Source: a virus
Taxonomy: Duplodnaviria > Heunggongvirae > Uroviricota > Caudoviricetes
IMG/VR virus record: IMGVR_UViG_3300037484_000317
DNA: 64,000 bases
Direction: 5' to 3' (one strand)
The notes beneath the pieces were generated by a model that was not told the DNA's origin, did no database searches, and saw nothing but the letters and a program-made list of their open reading frames with translations. Position 1 is the first letter of the stretch. Every line of letters begins with the position of its first letter. The position numbers were made by a program, and so were the translations under genes. Positions 43,235-52,640 of this stretch are shown piece by piece.

Positions 43235-45958
43235 ATGACTGACTCTCCCTGGGTGTTGCATCACGGTGATTGCCTTGAACTGCTCAAGTCTATGGACGCA
43301 GAGTCCATAGACTCTATTGTCACTGACCCACCAGCTGGAATTCTGTTCATGTCAAAATCTTGGGACTCAGATAAGGGGAGTCGACAACAGTGGGTTGCCT
43401 GGATGGAATCCATAGCTGTTGAGTGCCTGAGGGTTTTGAAGCCCGGGGGCCATGCCCTTGTGTGGGCGCTGCCCAGAACCTCTCACTGGACGGGTTGGGC
43501 CTGGGAGAATGCAGGTTGGGAAGTTCGCGACAAGATCGTGGCCCTCTTTGGGTGCCTGAGTGAGGATACTGAAATACTCGTCAATGGTCGGTGGGAACCT
43601 TACCAAAAAGCTGTGGTAGGAAGTCTCGCCCTATGTTATGATGTTGAACATGACACTTTTGCGTGGCACGAAATCCAAGAAACGTATTGCTATCCCTACG
43701 ATGATACCGCTTTCCGAATTCAATCGGATCGTACAGATCAAATCGTCTCCAGAGCACATCGTTGCCTTGTTGAACGAGATGGAAAGTTCTCTTTCTCCTC
43801 TGCCGAAACGCTTGTGGGCGAAGAGAACGTACCCATTCTGGAAAACTTGCAAGGATTGCTTACAGCCCTTTGCTTGCCGCACGAAGGAGCAAGCGGTCCG
43901 CAACAAGATGTGCCGTGGGTGCAGTCTCAAGCAGATGTCGTTGGTGAAGAAGGGGAAGTTCCGTACACCTCCGTCCGTATGCCCAAAATGCAACAGGGAA
44001 TTCCGTTCCAAGAGTCATTTACCCGTAGCCAAAGCGAAGTTCTGCTCCAACACTTGCAAAGCACAATCCCAGATGCAAGACCCAATAGCTCTCGCAAGGA
44101 TGGCCAGGATAGCCAAGCTTGGGCGTGCGGGGTGGACGGAAGAGAGTCTGAAATCCTATCGCGAGAAGATGACAGGTCCACTCAATCCAGCCTGGAAGGG
44201 CGGGGTGACGTACTTCAGGAAGCACGGAAATTACAACGGAGTGAAGTACATTCGTTGTCCAATCGAGTTCCTTCCGATGGCTCGGAAGGATGGCTACGTG
44301 ATGGAACATCGGATCATAGTGGCGATGATAATCGGTCGTTGTCTTCTTCGGACGGAGACGGTGCATCACGAGGACCACGATCCCACGAACAATGCCCTGT
44401 TGAACCTGGCGTTGTTCAAGTCGAATCGGGATCACAAACTGTTCGAGCATCACGGTTCACCACTTCCGATTTGGCGAGGATCACTCCCTTCCACCTGACT
44501 GGGAAGGTGTGGTGTGTGAAGACCCCGACTGGCGCTTTCGTCGCTCGTCGCAACGGCAAGGTCTTTATCACAGGGAATTCGGGATTTCCGAAGTCACTTG
44601 ACGTGAGCAAGGCGATTGACAAGGCAGGCGGGTCATCTCCTGTAGAGCAGTCCAGGCTGTTACGTGAGCGACGGGAGGCGCGCGGGCTGGATCGCGCCGC
44701 TGTAGCTACAGCAGTGGGTTGCACAGAGGCTAGTGTTCGTGACTGGGAGGAGGGACGTGCCCGTGTGGTAGGGGCTGCAATAGAGTTCATTACTCCGTCC
44801 GAAGAGTACCGAACGAAACTAGCAGACTTTCTCGGGTACAGCACAGACGAGCGTCGCATCTCAGGCGTTTCCGCCGTTCGTACTTCTGACGGGACAGTGA
44901 TCGGCCTGGGTCATTCTGGTACCCTACGCGAGGGTCAAAACACAGACGCCGCGAAGCAGTGGTCCGGCTGGGGGACAGCGCTCAAGCCTGCTGGGGAAGA
45001 CTGGTGGGTATTCCGCAAGCCTCTAATCGGGACTGTCGCAGCGAATGTACTTGCGCACGGGACGGGTGGGATCAACATTGATGGGTGTCGGATCGGCACA
45101 ACGAAGAGGGTGCCTGGATCACTTTCACACACTGAGAATGCAGTGTTTGGCAAGGGTCTGGGGGGTCATTGTCAGACAGGTGAGGAAAGTGGTCACAATC
45201 CGAACGTGGGGCGTTGGCCCGCGAACGTGGTCCTCGAATGTACTTGCGACAACACGCTGCCGGGCCCCCCTGATATTGTTTCTGATCGTGTGGGAGAACC
45301 AACAGTAGCTGCCCGCTACACAGAATGTGGCGCAACAAACATCGCGGTAACTCCTGGTGAGCGGCGTAGCGGCGGGGGTGTGATCCATACGAATCCAGAG
45401 TGCCCAGCTGCAATGCTGGACGAACAGACTGGTATGATGAAAGACGGCGTTGCAGTTCAACGCAACGGTGGTGGTCAGCAAATTGGAGGCGTTGAGAAAC
45501 GTACTGGAAGCGGTAGCAAGGCCGGAGTACGAACTGACGTAGGATTTGGCGGATCTGGGGGAGCTTCCCGATTCTTCTACTGCGCCAAGGCCAGTCGATC
45601 TGAGCGCACGCACGGCGGGCAAGTAGTCAATCTGCACCCCACCGTCAAACCCATCTCTCTCATGAGGTGGTTAGTCCGCTTGATTACCCCTCCTGGAGGA
45701 ACCGTCCTCGATCCCTTTACGGGCTCTGGTTCCACGGGAGTTGCCGCCATCCTCGAAGGATTCCTCTTCGTCGGTTGCGAAAAGGAAGTGGAGTCTGTCG
45801 AGACTTCCAGGTCACGACTTGAAATGGCTACCCTAGTCGCAAGCGGGGGAGTCAAGAATCCTTGGGAAGACGACCCACGGGAAGTCACTCCCATTCCCAC
45901 GCTCCCATCTGGACCAATCTCAGTTGAATCCATGTTCGGATTCGGAGACGATGAATGA
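43235..45958 (+). CDS. Beta-class N4/N6 DNA methyltransferase 2, containing an intein and an XRE-type HTH insert
   Basis: DPPA motif IV variant; ILFMSKSWD; motif I LDPFTGSG. Splicing would restore FG/SGFPKS. Confidence 0.88.
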   Translation: MTDSPWVLHHGDCLELLKSMDAESIDSIVTDPPAGILFMSKSWDSDKGSRQQWVAWMESIAVECLRVLKPGGHALVWALPRTSHWTGWAWENAGWEVRDKIVALFGCLSEDTEILVNGRWEPYQKAVVGSLALCYDVEHDTFAWHEIQETYCYPYDDTAFRIQSDRTDQIVSRAHRCLVERDGKFSFSSAETLVGEENVPILENLQGLLTALCLPHEGASGPQQDVPWVQSQADVVGEEGEVPYTSVRMPKMQQGIPFQESFTRSQSEVLLQHLQSTIPDARPNSSRKDGQDSQAWACGVDGRESEILSREDDRSTQSSLEGRGDVLQEARKLQRSEVHSLSNRVPSDGSEGWLRDGTSDHSGDDNRSLSSSDGDGASRGPRSHEQCPVEPGVVQVESGSQTVRASRFTTSDLARITPFHLTGKVWCVKTPTGAFVARRNGKVFITGNSGFPKSLDVSKAIDKAGGSSPVEQSRLLRERREARGLDRAAVATAVGCTEASVRDWEEGRARVVGAAIEFITPSEEYRTKLADFLGYSTDERRISGVSAVRTSDGTVIGLGHSGTLREGQNTDAAKQWSGWGTALKPAGEDWWVFRKPLIGTVAANVLAHGTGGINIDGCRIGTTKRVPGSLSHTENAVFGKGLGGHCQTGEESGHNPNVGRWPANVVLECTCDNTLPGPPDIVSDRVGEPTVAARYTECGATNIAVTPGERRSGGGVIHTNPECPAAMLDEQTGMMKDGVAVQRNGGGQQIGGVEKRTGSGSKAGVRTDVGFGGSGGASRFFYCAKASRSERTHGGQVVNLHPTVKPISLMRWLVRLITPPGGTVLDPFTGSGSTGVAAILEGFLFVGCEKEVESVETSRSRLEMATLVASGGVKNPWEDDPREVTPIPTLPSGPISVESMFGFGDDE
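43553..44578 (+). mobile_element. Contiguous intein (342 aa) in MTase 2
   Basis: Block A CLSEDTEILVNGRW; block B QIVSRAHR; block F GKVWCVKTPTGAF; block G RRNGKVFITGN followed by Ser+1. Confidence 0.88.
43638..44498 (+). CDS. Zn-finger plus HNH homing endonuclease in the +1 frame inside the intein
   Basis: CxxC fingers; NPAWKGG; GYVMEHR...VHHEDHDPTNNALLNL...H. Likely start ATG 43701 or 43779. Confidence 0.85.
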   Translation: MMLNMTLLRGTKSKKRIAIPTMIPLSEFNRIVQIKSSPEHIVALLNEMESSLSPLPKRLWAKRTYPFWKTCKDCLQPFACRTKEQAVRNKMCRGCSLKQMSLVKKGKFRTPPSVCPKCNREFRSKSHLPVAKAKFCSNTCKAQSQMQDPIALARMARIAKLGRAGWTEESLKSYREKMTGPLNPAWKGGVTYFRKHGNYNGVKYIRCPIEFLPMARKDGYVMEHRIIVAMIIGRCLLRTETVHHEDHDPTNNALLNLALFKSNRDHKLFEHHGSPLPIWRGSLPST

Positions 45959-46222
45959 CCTACGAGCCGCCCGGGGTCTTCATCTCCGATATCTCCCCCC
46001 GTTACCGGATGCCACCCCGTCCGGTGATTGTGACTACCCAGGTGAGTGCACCTCGCCTGTTGGTCTCGTACCAAGATGCCTATGAGGTTTTGGGGGAAGA
46101 GGCTCCGGCGATTAGGGACCTTTTCATTGAGGGTCGGGCACTGCGTGGGGTTTGGGCCGTGCCACATCCCGATCGAGAAGACACCTGATTGACCCAATCA
46201 AGTCCCTATTCAACCTCCAACA

Positions 46223-46888
46223 GTGAACAACATGGATTCACAAATCTGTTTGCGCACGAGCAATCACTGTCCCTGTCCTGTAGGTGGATTGGTAGATGGA
46301 CTGTGCAAAGCCCATCGGACAAAACCTGTCCTGCACTTGGTGCCACCGCTACCACCTGCGGTACTTCCGGAAGACACTGAAGACGTCGAAGACCTGGACG
46401 GAGTTGTACCCGCACCGCGAAGTCACCCACGAAAAGTTCGGAGTCCGAACCCTGGGGAAATCACGTGCTTCGTTTGTGGCAGCCAAATCTCTGGACGAGT
46501 GGATGGCCCCAAGTTCTATGAGAGTGCTCGACGCAAGGGTGCAAGTACCCGCCGGTGTAAAGATTGTCGTGGTCTACACCACATGCCCGAAGGAAGCGGG
46601 ATTGTGAGTTCCACAACTCGCTATGCGGATGACACAGTAGCTCAACTTGTCGTTGAAATGTACCCTGAGGGCGTTCCCGGTGACATCGTAGGTGAGCTTC
46701 TAGGAATCACTCGTCAGAGGGTATCCCAGATTGAAATACGTGCTCTTAGCAAGCTCCGCGGAAGCAAGAGGGCTGGAGTAGATCTGTGGGAGATGTTCAA
46801 TGAACACCACGTCTTCACCGAACACACGATGAAGAAAAGGCAAGATTCTGGTTTGAGAATCATGCCCTTTCTTCGCCGGAGTGTGTAA
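46223..46888 (+). CDS. Zn-ribbon protein with a sigma-70 region-4-like HTH
   Basis: IVGELLGITRQRVSQIEIRALSKLR; CFVC and CKDC pairs. Confidence 0.65.
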   Translation: MNNMDSQICLRTSNHCPCPVGGLVDGLCKAHRTKPVLHLVPPLPPAVLPEDTEDVEDLDGVVPAPRSHPRKVRSPNPGEITCFVCGSQISGRVDGPKFYESARRKGASTRRCKDCRGLHHMPEGSGIVSSTTRYADDTVAQLVVEMYPEGVPGDIVGELLGITRQRVSQIEIRALSKLRGSKRAGVDLWEMFNEHHVFTEHTMKKRQDSGLRIMPFLRRSV

Positions 46889-46936
46889 CCACCGGGTAAC
46901 ATGGTCCGCGCACTGAATTGAGGATAAAGGGAAGTC

Positions 46937-47173
46937 ATGACGAGAGACGACATTGAGCTGTGGTTTGAAAAGAACGTTCCCGAAGCCATCGAGATGCTCC
47001 CCAACAGCACCCGTAGCGTGAATCAATGGGTCAAGGCACTGGCCTTGATCCTGGTGAAGATCGCTAAGGAGGAAGCGGAAGAGGCCGAGGAATCATCGAC
47101 CGACACAGATCCAATTGAGGACGAACTCGATGACGATGACTCGGATGACGAAGAGGAAGAAGACGACGAATGA
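46937..47173 (+). CDS. Small protein with an acidic tail
   Basis: C-terminal D/E run. Confidence 0.6.
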   Translation: MTRDDIELWFEKNVPEAIEMLPNSTRSVNQWVKALALILVKIAKEEAEEAEESSTDTDPIEDELDDDDSDDEEEEDDE

Positions 47174-47685
47174 GAGTGGGCTACTCTGGTGTGCGATGTA
47201 AATACTGCAAGCGCCCCCATCTTGTCTCTTGGCGTTCTGCACAGGAGAACCCATTCTGTAAGTCCTGCTTACCAGAGCGGATTGCGAAGAAGGAAGCCGA
47301 ACTCGACTCGGTCATAAGGGTAGAGGCAGACGGTCATTGGACGGTACTGCATAGAAGAGGGGAATCCAAGATGAAAGTCATGCCTCAACTCCAACTGAGC
47401 CTCCTTCTCTTCAAAGAAGGTGACTTCTGGATCGCGCAGTGCCTACAGCACAACATTGCGTCTCAGGGGTCTACGATCTCTGAAGCGAAAGATAGATTCG
47501 AACGGGTCTTCGCTGCACAGGCAATAACGGATAGCCGAGATGGGGCCGCATACCCAATCAGGCACATCCCTCAGGCTTCCCATCAGTTTTGGAAGATGTG
47601 GGCTGGGGCATCCTCCTTGTGCGGAACACTCCCAATCAATTGCCCAGTGTGTCCCGCAATGGTATCTGAAATCCGAGTTTGCTAG
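47170..47685 (+). CDS. Zn-finger plus HicB-like domain protein
   Basis: KEGDFWIAQCL...IASQGSTISEAKDR resembles the HicB N-domain. Confidence 0.45.
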   Translation: MRVGYSGVRCKYCKRPHLVSWRSAQENPFCKSCLPERIAKKEAELDSVIRVEADGHWTVLHRRGESKMKVMPQLQLSLLLFKEGDFWIAQCLQHNIASQGSTISEAKDRFERVFAAQAITDSRDGAAYPIRHIPQASHQFWKMWAGASSLCGTLPINCPVCPAMVSEIRVC

Positions 47686-47686
47686 C

Positions 47687-48262
47687 ATGCCAACGTGGAT
47701 AATTGATGAACTGGCAAGTTTTCTGGTATCTGGGGTACTGGGTGGAATCGTCATGGCTATTGCCCTGGTGCTTGCGAACCGAGTCAAGCCCAAAACAATG
47801 AGCCATGGGCTCGACACGGATACTCAGGTCTTCTTCTACGAGCATGATCATTATCCGCTCAGCAACTTCTCAGCATTCACCCTTCAGTGGAAGGGACTTC
47901 GCTTTGACACCAGCGAAGCGGTCTACCACTGGGAGAAGTTCACTGGCACCGACTATCATGAGCTGCGCGATCAAATCCGTACTGCACCATCTGCACACGA
48001 GGCATTCAAGCTCGCTGAACGTCATCGCGAATGGCGCCGCCCCGATTGGGACACTGTCAAGGTTGGGGTAATGCGTGAGATCCTTCGTGCAAAGGTCGCA
48101 CAGCACGAGTACGTGAAACGAAAGTTGCTTGCCACTGGAGATCGGGAACTCATCGAAGACTCCTGGCGGGATGATTTCTGGGGATGGGGGCCGGAGCGCA
48201 ACGGTCGGAACCAACTTGGAAAGCTGTGGATGGAGATCCGCTCCGAGATCCGTAAGACGTGA
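47687..48262 (+). CDS. NADAR-family ADP-ribosylhydrolase, possibly with an N-terminal TM segment
   Basis: LSNFS...TSEAVYHWEKF...RPDWDTVK.GVM..ILRAKVAQH...LLATGDRELIEDS..DDFWG...GRNQLGKLWMEIR. Confidence 0.9.
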   Translation: MPTWIIDELASFLVSGVLGGIVMAIALVLANRVKPKTMSHGLDTDTQVFFYEHDHYPLSNFSAFTLQWKGLRFDTSEAVYHWEKFTGTDYHELRDQIRTAPSAHEAFKLAERHREWRRPDWDTVKVGVMREILRAKVAQHEYVKRKLLATGDRELIEDSWRDDFWGWGPERNGRNQLGKLWMEIRSEIRKT

Positions 48263-48278
48263 ATAACCCCCGGACCAT

Positions 48279-48878
48279 ATGGTCCCAGCTACCGTAATCG
48301 CTCAGGCCATTCGAGGGTCGGCCACCTTCCCGGGTGGGCAGACATGGGCCTTCCTGTGTGACGCCATTGGTACTGCGGTCGCTACGTGGGCCGTGGTGCC
48401 TGGGAATATCGTTGTCCAGGGCGTGACCCAAGGCGTGATTGGCTCGGGTGTTGTGACCGGCGTGCTTCAAATCTTGGGCCCACCGTCCATCGTAGCCACC
48501 CAGATGACGTTCGGCGGCCTTGTGGGCGTGACAACACCACAGGTAGGGACTGCCATCGGCCTGGGGCTTGTGACCTCCCTGAGTGGAGCCCTACCCTACC
48601 AGGGGGTGTCCCTGGGTGTGGGCCTGGGAACGGACTTGTCTGTGGTGACTGTCTCGAATCCAGCCACACTGGCAGTAGCCCTGCGCTTGGCACATAGTTC
48701 ACTCACCGGAGCCCTGGGGGGCGCTGGGGCCATCCTGCCTGCGTTCTATACTGGGATTGCTCTGGGGATAGCCCAGCTCGTCCAAACGGGTGTGACGCTA
48801 GGAACGGGCGTCGTAGCCCCAAGCGGCCCCCTTGGACCCGGGTCGGGTGTGGGAACGTCTTTGTCGGCTGTGGTCTGA
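48279..48878 (+). CDS. Gly/Thr/Val-rich putative virion structural protein
   Basis: Composition and position beside the neck gene. No specific motif. Confidence 0.45.
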   Translation: MVPATVIAQAIRGSATFPGGQTWAFLCDAIGTAVATWAVVPGNIVVQGVTQGVIGSGVVTGVLQILGPPSIVATQMTFGGLVGVTTPQVGTAIGLGLVTSLSGALPYQGVSLGVGLGTDLSVVTVSNPATLAVALRLAHSSLTGALGGAGAILPAFYTGIALGIAQLVQTGVTLGTGVVAPSGPLGPGSGVGTSLSAVV

Positions 48879-49007
48879 TCTCTCCCCGCACATTTGGCCC
48901 CCTCACGCGTTAGCCGTTCTATGCACCACCGCTGTAATGGCAATCCAGCTCACCATATTTCCAACGTGGGGAGTGATTTCTTGTGATGGTGAAAGTGAGG
49001 TGTTTTA

Positions 49008-49355
49008 GTGGCCACTCTTCTTGTGGTTGCCACGGACATCCCACCAATGACCCAAGAGGAATTCCGCTCAGCCTTAACCGCAGGGGTGAACAAGATGATC
49101 GCTGCACTTTCACGGGATGGGGGCTTGCTGGATTTGACGCGCGTTCGTCTAGTTACAGGCACCACGTTCTCCTTGGAGGCCGACGTGGACAATCCAGCCC
49201 CTCTTGCGCCAATGTTACCCGAAGTTTTTCGAGCACTGGCTATTCAAGGGATCAATGATCGGATGGTACTGTTGCCCCTCAATGTGGATCAGCTTGATCT
49301 CACTGGTGTACAGATATCCTACTACACTAACACAACTATCATTGTAACCCCCTGA
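49008..49355 (+). CDS. Hypothetical protein
   Basis: 115-aa ORF. Confidence 0.5.
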   Translation: MATLLVVATDIPPMTQEEFRSALTAGVNKMIAALSRDGGLLDLTRVRLVTGTTFSLEADVDNPAPLAPMLPEVFRALAIQGINDRMVLLPLNVDQLDLTGVQISYYTNTTIIVTP

Positions 49356-49462
49356 GGTACAGTGCATGCCGCACGACTGGACCTAGTTCGTGGGATGCTT
49401 TAGGAAGCTGATTCGATTTTTGACCCTATCGCACAGCTATGTGCAGGGAGTCCACCTTCAAA

Positions 49463-49960
49463 ATGTCAGACCAAGCACTTCGCAGCCGCCTCATCCGCCT
49501 CGCACACAGAAAGCCCGAGCTGAGGCCAGTGTTGCTTCCCATGCTGGCGAACGGAACCCGCACGGCGGCAGATCATGGTGTGTCGGTTCGGTACCACATT
49601 GAAAATGGACTTCTGGGCATCGTTGAGGTGATTGCCCTTGACCTTAGCAAGGAATTTTCCGAGTCCATCCGATTCAGAGTTCCCTCTATCTCAAGTCGAA
49701 TGCAGGCTTCCGTTGAGGGTGCGATTGAGTGGCTTCCTGACCCCTCTCAAAAGGGATACATCCTGATCAGCTTTAGACTAGACCAGTTTGACCTACACAA
49801 AGCCGAGATCTTCCTCAGTATGGACCTACCCAGTGGGAAGAGCTTTCAAAAGAGCTTCAACGCAGGGTCCGATTGGTTAGCGAGGCCAGCTCGGACAAAT
49901 GGTGTGAATTTCGCGAGGGCCTTGAAGGGTTGGATTGATAGCTTCTTCATGAGTGCCTGA
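49463..49960 (+). CDS. Leader-family protein 1
   Basis: MSDQALRSRLIRLAHRKPELRPVLLPML. Confidence 0.75.
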   Translation: MSDQALRSRLIRLAHRKPELRPVLLPMLANGTRTAADHGVSVRYHIENGLLGIVEVIALDLSKEFSESIRFRVPSISSRMQASVEGAIEWLPDPSQKGYILISFRLDQFDLHKAEIFLSMDLPSGKSFQKSFNAGSDWLARPARTNGVNFARALKGWIDSFFMSA

Positions 49961-49970
49961 TTGGCCCCTA

Positions 49971-50492
49971 ATGTCTAGAAATCTCCGATCTAAACTCATT
50001 CGCCTTGCCAACAGCAAGCCAGAACTTCGGCCAACGCTCCTTCCCTTGCTTAAGGAAGCTGCTTGGGAAGATGGCGATGCCCTGAAGCTGAAACTGATTG
50101 AAACCTTTCCTAACGAGGAAGATGGAACTGAAGGTCGGGTATTCGACCTTGGGCATCAAGGATACAGCGCAATGCTCTTTGACGTTGACTCTGGCAATAC
50201 GGTTGGAGGGCGCATTTACCCACGTGAGATGAAGCAGAAAGCACTCGACTACGCTAAGAAGATAGCACAAGGTGGGGGCGGTAGCATCCTTCGTCTAGCT
50301 GGCGGAAAGTCAGACAAGAGGGATGTGGAAGAAGGGCTCATGGCCTACCACAATTCCGCCCTCAGCAAGTTCGATGTTACGGCTCAGCAGTTTGGACGTA
50401 AGTTCCATGCCATTGCCTCGAAGTTGAGGCTGAACGATGATGCACGTGCGGCCCTCTGGCGCTACATCACTGACATTTCATACGAGGTATAG
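49971..50492 (+). CDS. Leader-family protein 2
   Basis: MSRNLRSKLIRLANSKPELRPTLLPLLKEAA. Confidence 0.75.
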   Translation: MSRNLRSKLIRLANSKPELRPTLLPLLKEAAWEDGDALKLKLIETFPNEEDGTEGRVFDLGHQGYSAMLFDVDSGNTVGGRIYPREMKQKALDYAKKIAQGGGGSILRLAGGKSDKRDVEEGLMAYHNSALSKFDVTAQQFGRKFHAIASKLRLNDDARAALWRYITDISYEV

Positions 50493-50500
50493 GGTCTCCC

Positions 50501-50890
50501 ATGTCTAATCTACGTAGCAGCCTCATCCGCCTCGCACATGCTAATCCCGCACTCCGGGCCGATCTACTCCCACTACTCCGTGAGGCGGGCTGTGAGAAGC
50601 TCCCAGAGGGTGGCATGAGGGACAACTGCGAGAAGAAGGTAGAAGAGGGCAAGGATAAGCCTGAGAAGGAAGCCGCCCCCCCTGCCAAGCTCAAAGGCAA
50701 AAAGCTGGACAAGGCGATCGAGAAGGCATACTACCACCATGGCAGTGGCATCCAGATTGACATGATGAGCATTCCCAAGATCTTCAGGGAAGGCGTGAAG
50801 GCTTACCAGGACGCGGCTACGGTGGAAGAGGCTGAAAAGGCGTTGGATGAGGCAATGAAAGCCGCCGTTGTCAAGTACCGGGTCAGCTGA
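50501..50890 (+). CDS. Leader-family protein 3
   Basis: MSNLRSSLIRLAHANPALRADLLPLLREAG. Confidence 0.75.
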   Translation: MSNLRSSLIRLAHANPALRADLLPLLREAGCEKLPEGGMRDNCEKKVEEGKDKPEKEAAPPAKLKGKKLDKAIEKAYYHHGSGIQIDMMSIPKIFREGVKAYQDAATVEEAEKALDEAMKAAVVKYRVS

Positions 50891-50905
50891 AGGGGGGAGA
50901 TGTAA

Positions 50906-51691
50906 ATGGCAGTAGCATTTCTACCGGGAACAGTACTTGGACAAGGGGATCTTGACATCTTCTTGACGAACGCGGATGGGGATCCGGCGAACGCCTATGA
51001 GATTACCTATGCAATCTACTTCGTATCACCGGGCCCCCCAGAGTCAGAAGTCCTGATTGGGAGTGCAACACGTATCCCTCTCAATCCAAATGTCGGAGAA
51101 TACTATGCCTCCCTGCAAGTACCGACCAACGCCACCGTAGGCACCTACCGCATCCGTTGGAGCTTCAAGCAGTTTGCTTCTAGTGCCGTCCAACAGGTCG
51201 TACAGGAGTGGGCCGTCGTCGGAGCGGGCGTTGTTGCCGTGCCTGTCTACTCTGTCTCACAGGCGTCGATGATCGGTAAGTTGAGGGTGCTTTTGAGAGA
51301 CCAGGCCCCAGATAAATTCTACCATTTCAGACCACCTGAGTCCGAGGGGAATATCGGTGCGTACAGCCAGGTTTTCGGTCAGATCTGGGAAGACGCTGAG
51401 CTGCTTGAGTACCTAGAACGTGGATTGGACTGGTGGAACATGTTTCCACCCACAACTCCCGATCTGGAAACCATCGACAAGCTCGTTACCGAGAAGGCAG
51501 TCTGGCGTACCGCCATCCTCTGGGAGGCAATCTCTCATGCGTGCTTTGCCCTAGCAATGAACTGGACTGCGGATGAATTTTCACTGGTCTCAAGCACTCT
51601 TATCACTGTGGTACTTCCTGATGGACGGGAAGTAGAAATTACCATCGGGGAACTTTACGAGCTACACTGCGAAAATGGCCGGACTCTCTAA
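50906..51691 (+). CDS. N-part of a putative neck/head-tail adaptor protein (Ig-like N-domain) fused to a 36-aa N-intein
   Basis: Ends ...WTADEF/SLVSSTLITVVLPDGREVEITIGELYE... (intein block A, 51581-51688), then TAA. Confidence 0.75.
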   Translation: MAVAFLPGTVLGQGDLDIFLTNADGDPANAYEITYAIYFVSPGPPESEVLIGSATRIPLNPNVGEYYASLQVPTNATVGTYRIRWSFKQFASSAVQQVVQEWAVVGAGVVAVPVYSVSQASMIGKLRVLLRDQAPDKFYHFRPPESEGNIGAYSQVFGQIWEDAELLEYLERGLDWWNMFPPTTPDLETIDKLVTEKAVWRTAILWEAISHACFALAMNWTADEFSLVSSTLITVVLPDGREVEITIGELYELHCENGRTL

Positions 51692-52640
51692 ACTCCAAGT
51701 AACAAAGCGCTATGGGTTCAACTTCAGGTGGATTGAAGAACTCATCGATCGCGGACTTGTGACATGTCTTCCAGGATGTACCCCCCTCCGCCAGAAGATT
51801 TCCCATGAGTCTATTGAGTCACTTGTGGAAAATGCCCATTACGTCAAGTGTATTGGGTGCGGGATGCGTGCCGGGCAGATCACTACGAAGCACGTTAAAT
51901 CCTGTTCTGGCATCTCCCTTTCGGAGTATGCTGCTCGATATCCAGGGGCACTTATTCTGTGCGATCTTGCATCGGAAAACAGAGAGAAGACTGAGGTTCA
52001 GAAACAAGCCCAGTCCAAGAAACTCAAGGCCAGATTTCAGACACCAGCAGGTGAGGTCACACGCTCGCAGATAGGGAAATCGGCTAAGCGGATGCAAGCC
52101 TCTGAATCTGGCGATCGATCCAAAGCGCATCTGGTAAAACTCAACTCAGATCCTGTACGAAAAAAGCAAATCTCTCAAGAGACAAAGTCCAGATGGGACT
52201 CAGGTGAAGCTCGGGAGCACGTCGAAGGTTGGCATCGAGACAACAAAGAACAGTCCAACTCCCTGATTGCAAATGCGCGCTCCTTCAACCGACGCAAGAG
52301 GACAAAGCTCCACCTAGGGTTCAAAGAACTCATGGTATCCTCTGGTATTTTGGGATTCCAAACGGAATACAGAGTTGGGTACTTCTCGATTGACGAGGCC
52401 CTGCCTGGAAAGCGGTTGTCCCTAGAGATAGATGGGTGCTACTGGCACTCGTGTCCTCAATGTGGGCTCAAGGGTCCTTCGGATAATCGGAGGACAGACA
52501 AGTCCAAGGCCACCTATCTGGCCAACAGAGGCTGGTTGGTGCTCCGCCTATGGGAGCATGAGATTAAAAGGGATCCGGATGGGTGTCTGGCTAGGGTCAG
52601 AGCATTTGTTCAAAGTCGGGAGAAACTGTCGTATGCTTGA
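51675..52640 (+). CDS. Free-standing Vsr/DUF559-like homing endonuclease between the split-intein halves
   Basis: EYRVGYFSIDEA...LEIDGCYWHSC...GWLVLRLWEHEI; N-terminal CxxC finger. Confidence 0.82.
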   Translation: MAGLSKLQVTKRYGFNFRWIEELIDRGLVTCLPGCTPLRQKISHESIESLVENAHYVKCIGCGMRAGQITTKHVKSCSGISLSEYAARYPGALILCDLASENREKTEVQKQAQSKKLKARFQTPAGEVTRSQIGKSAKRMQASESGDRSKAHLVKLNSDPVRKKQISQETKSRWDSGEAREHVEGWHRDNKEQSNSLIANARSFNRRKRTKLHLGFKELMVSSGILGFQTEYRVGYFSIDEALPGKRLSLEIDGCYWHSCPQCGLKGPSDNRRTDKSKATYLANRGWLVLRLWEHEIKRDPDGCLARVRAFVQSREKLSYA

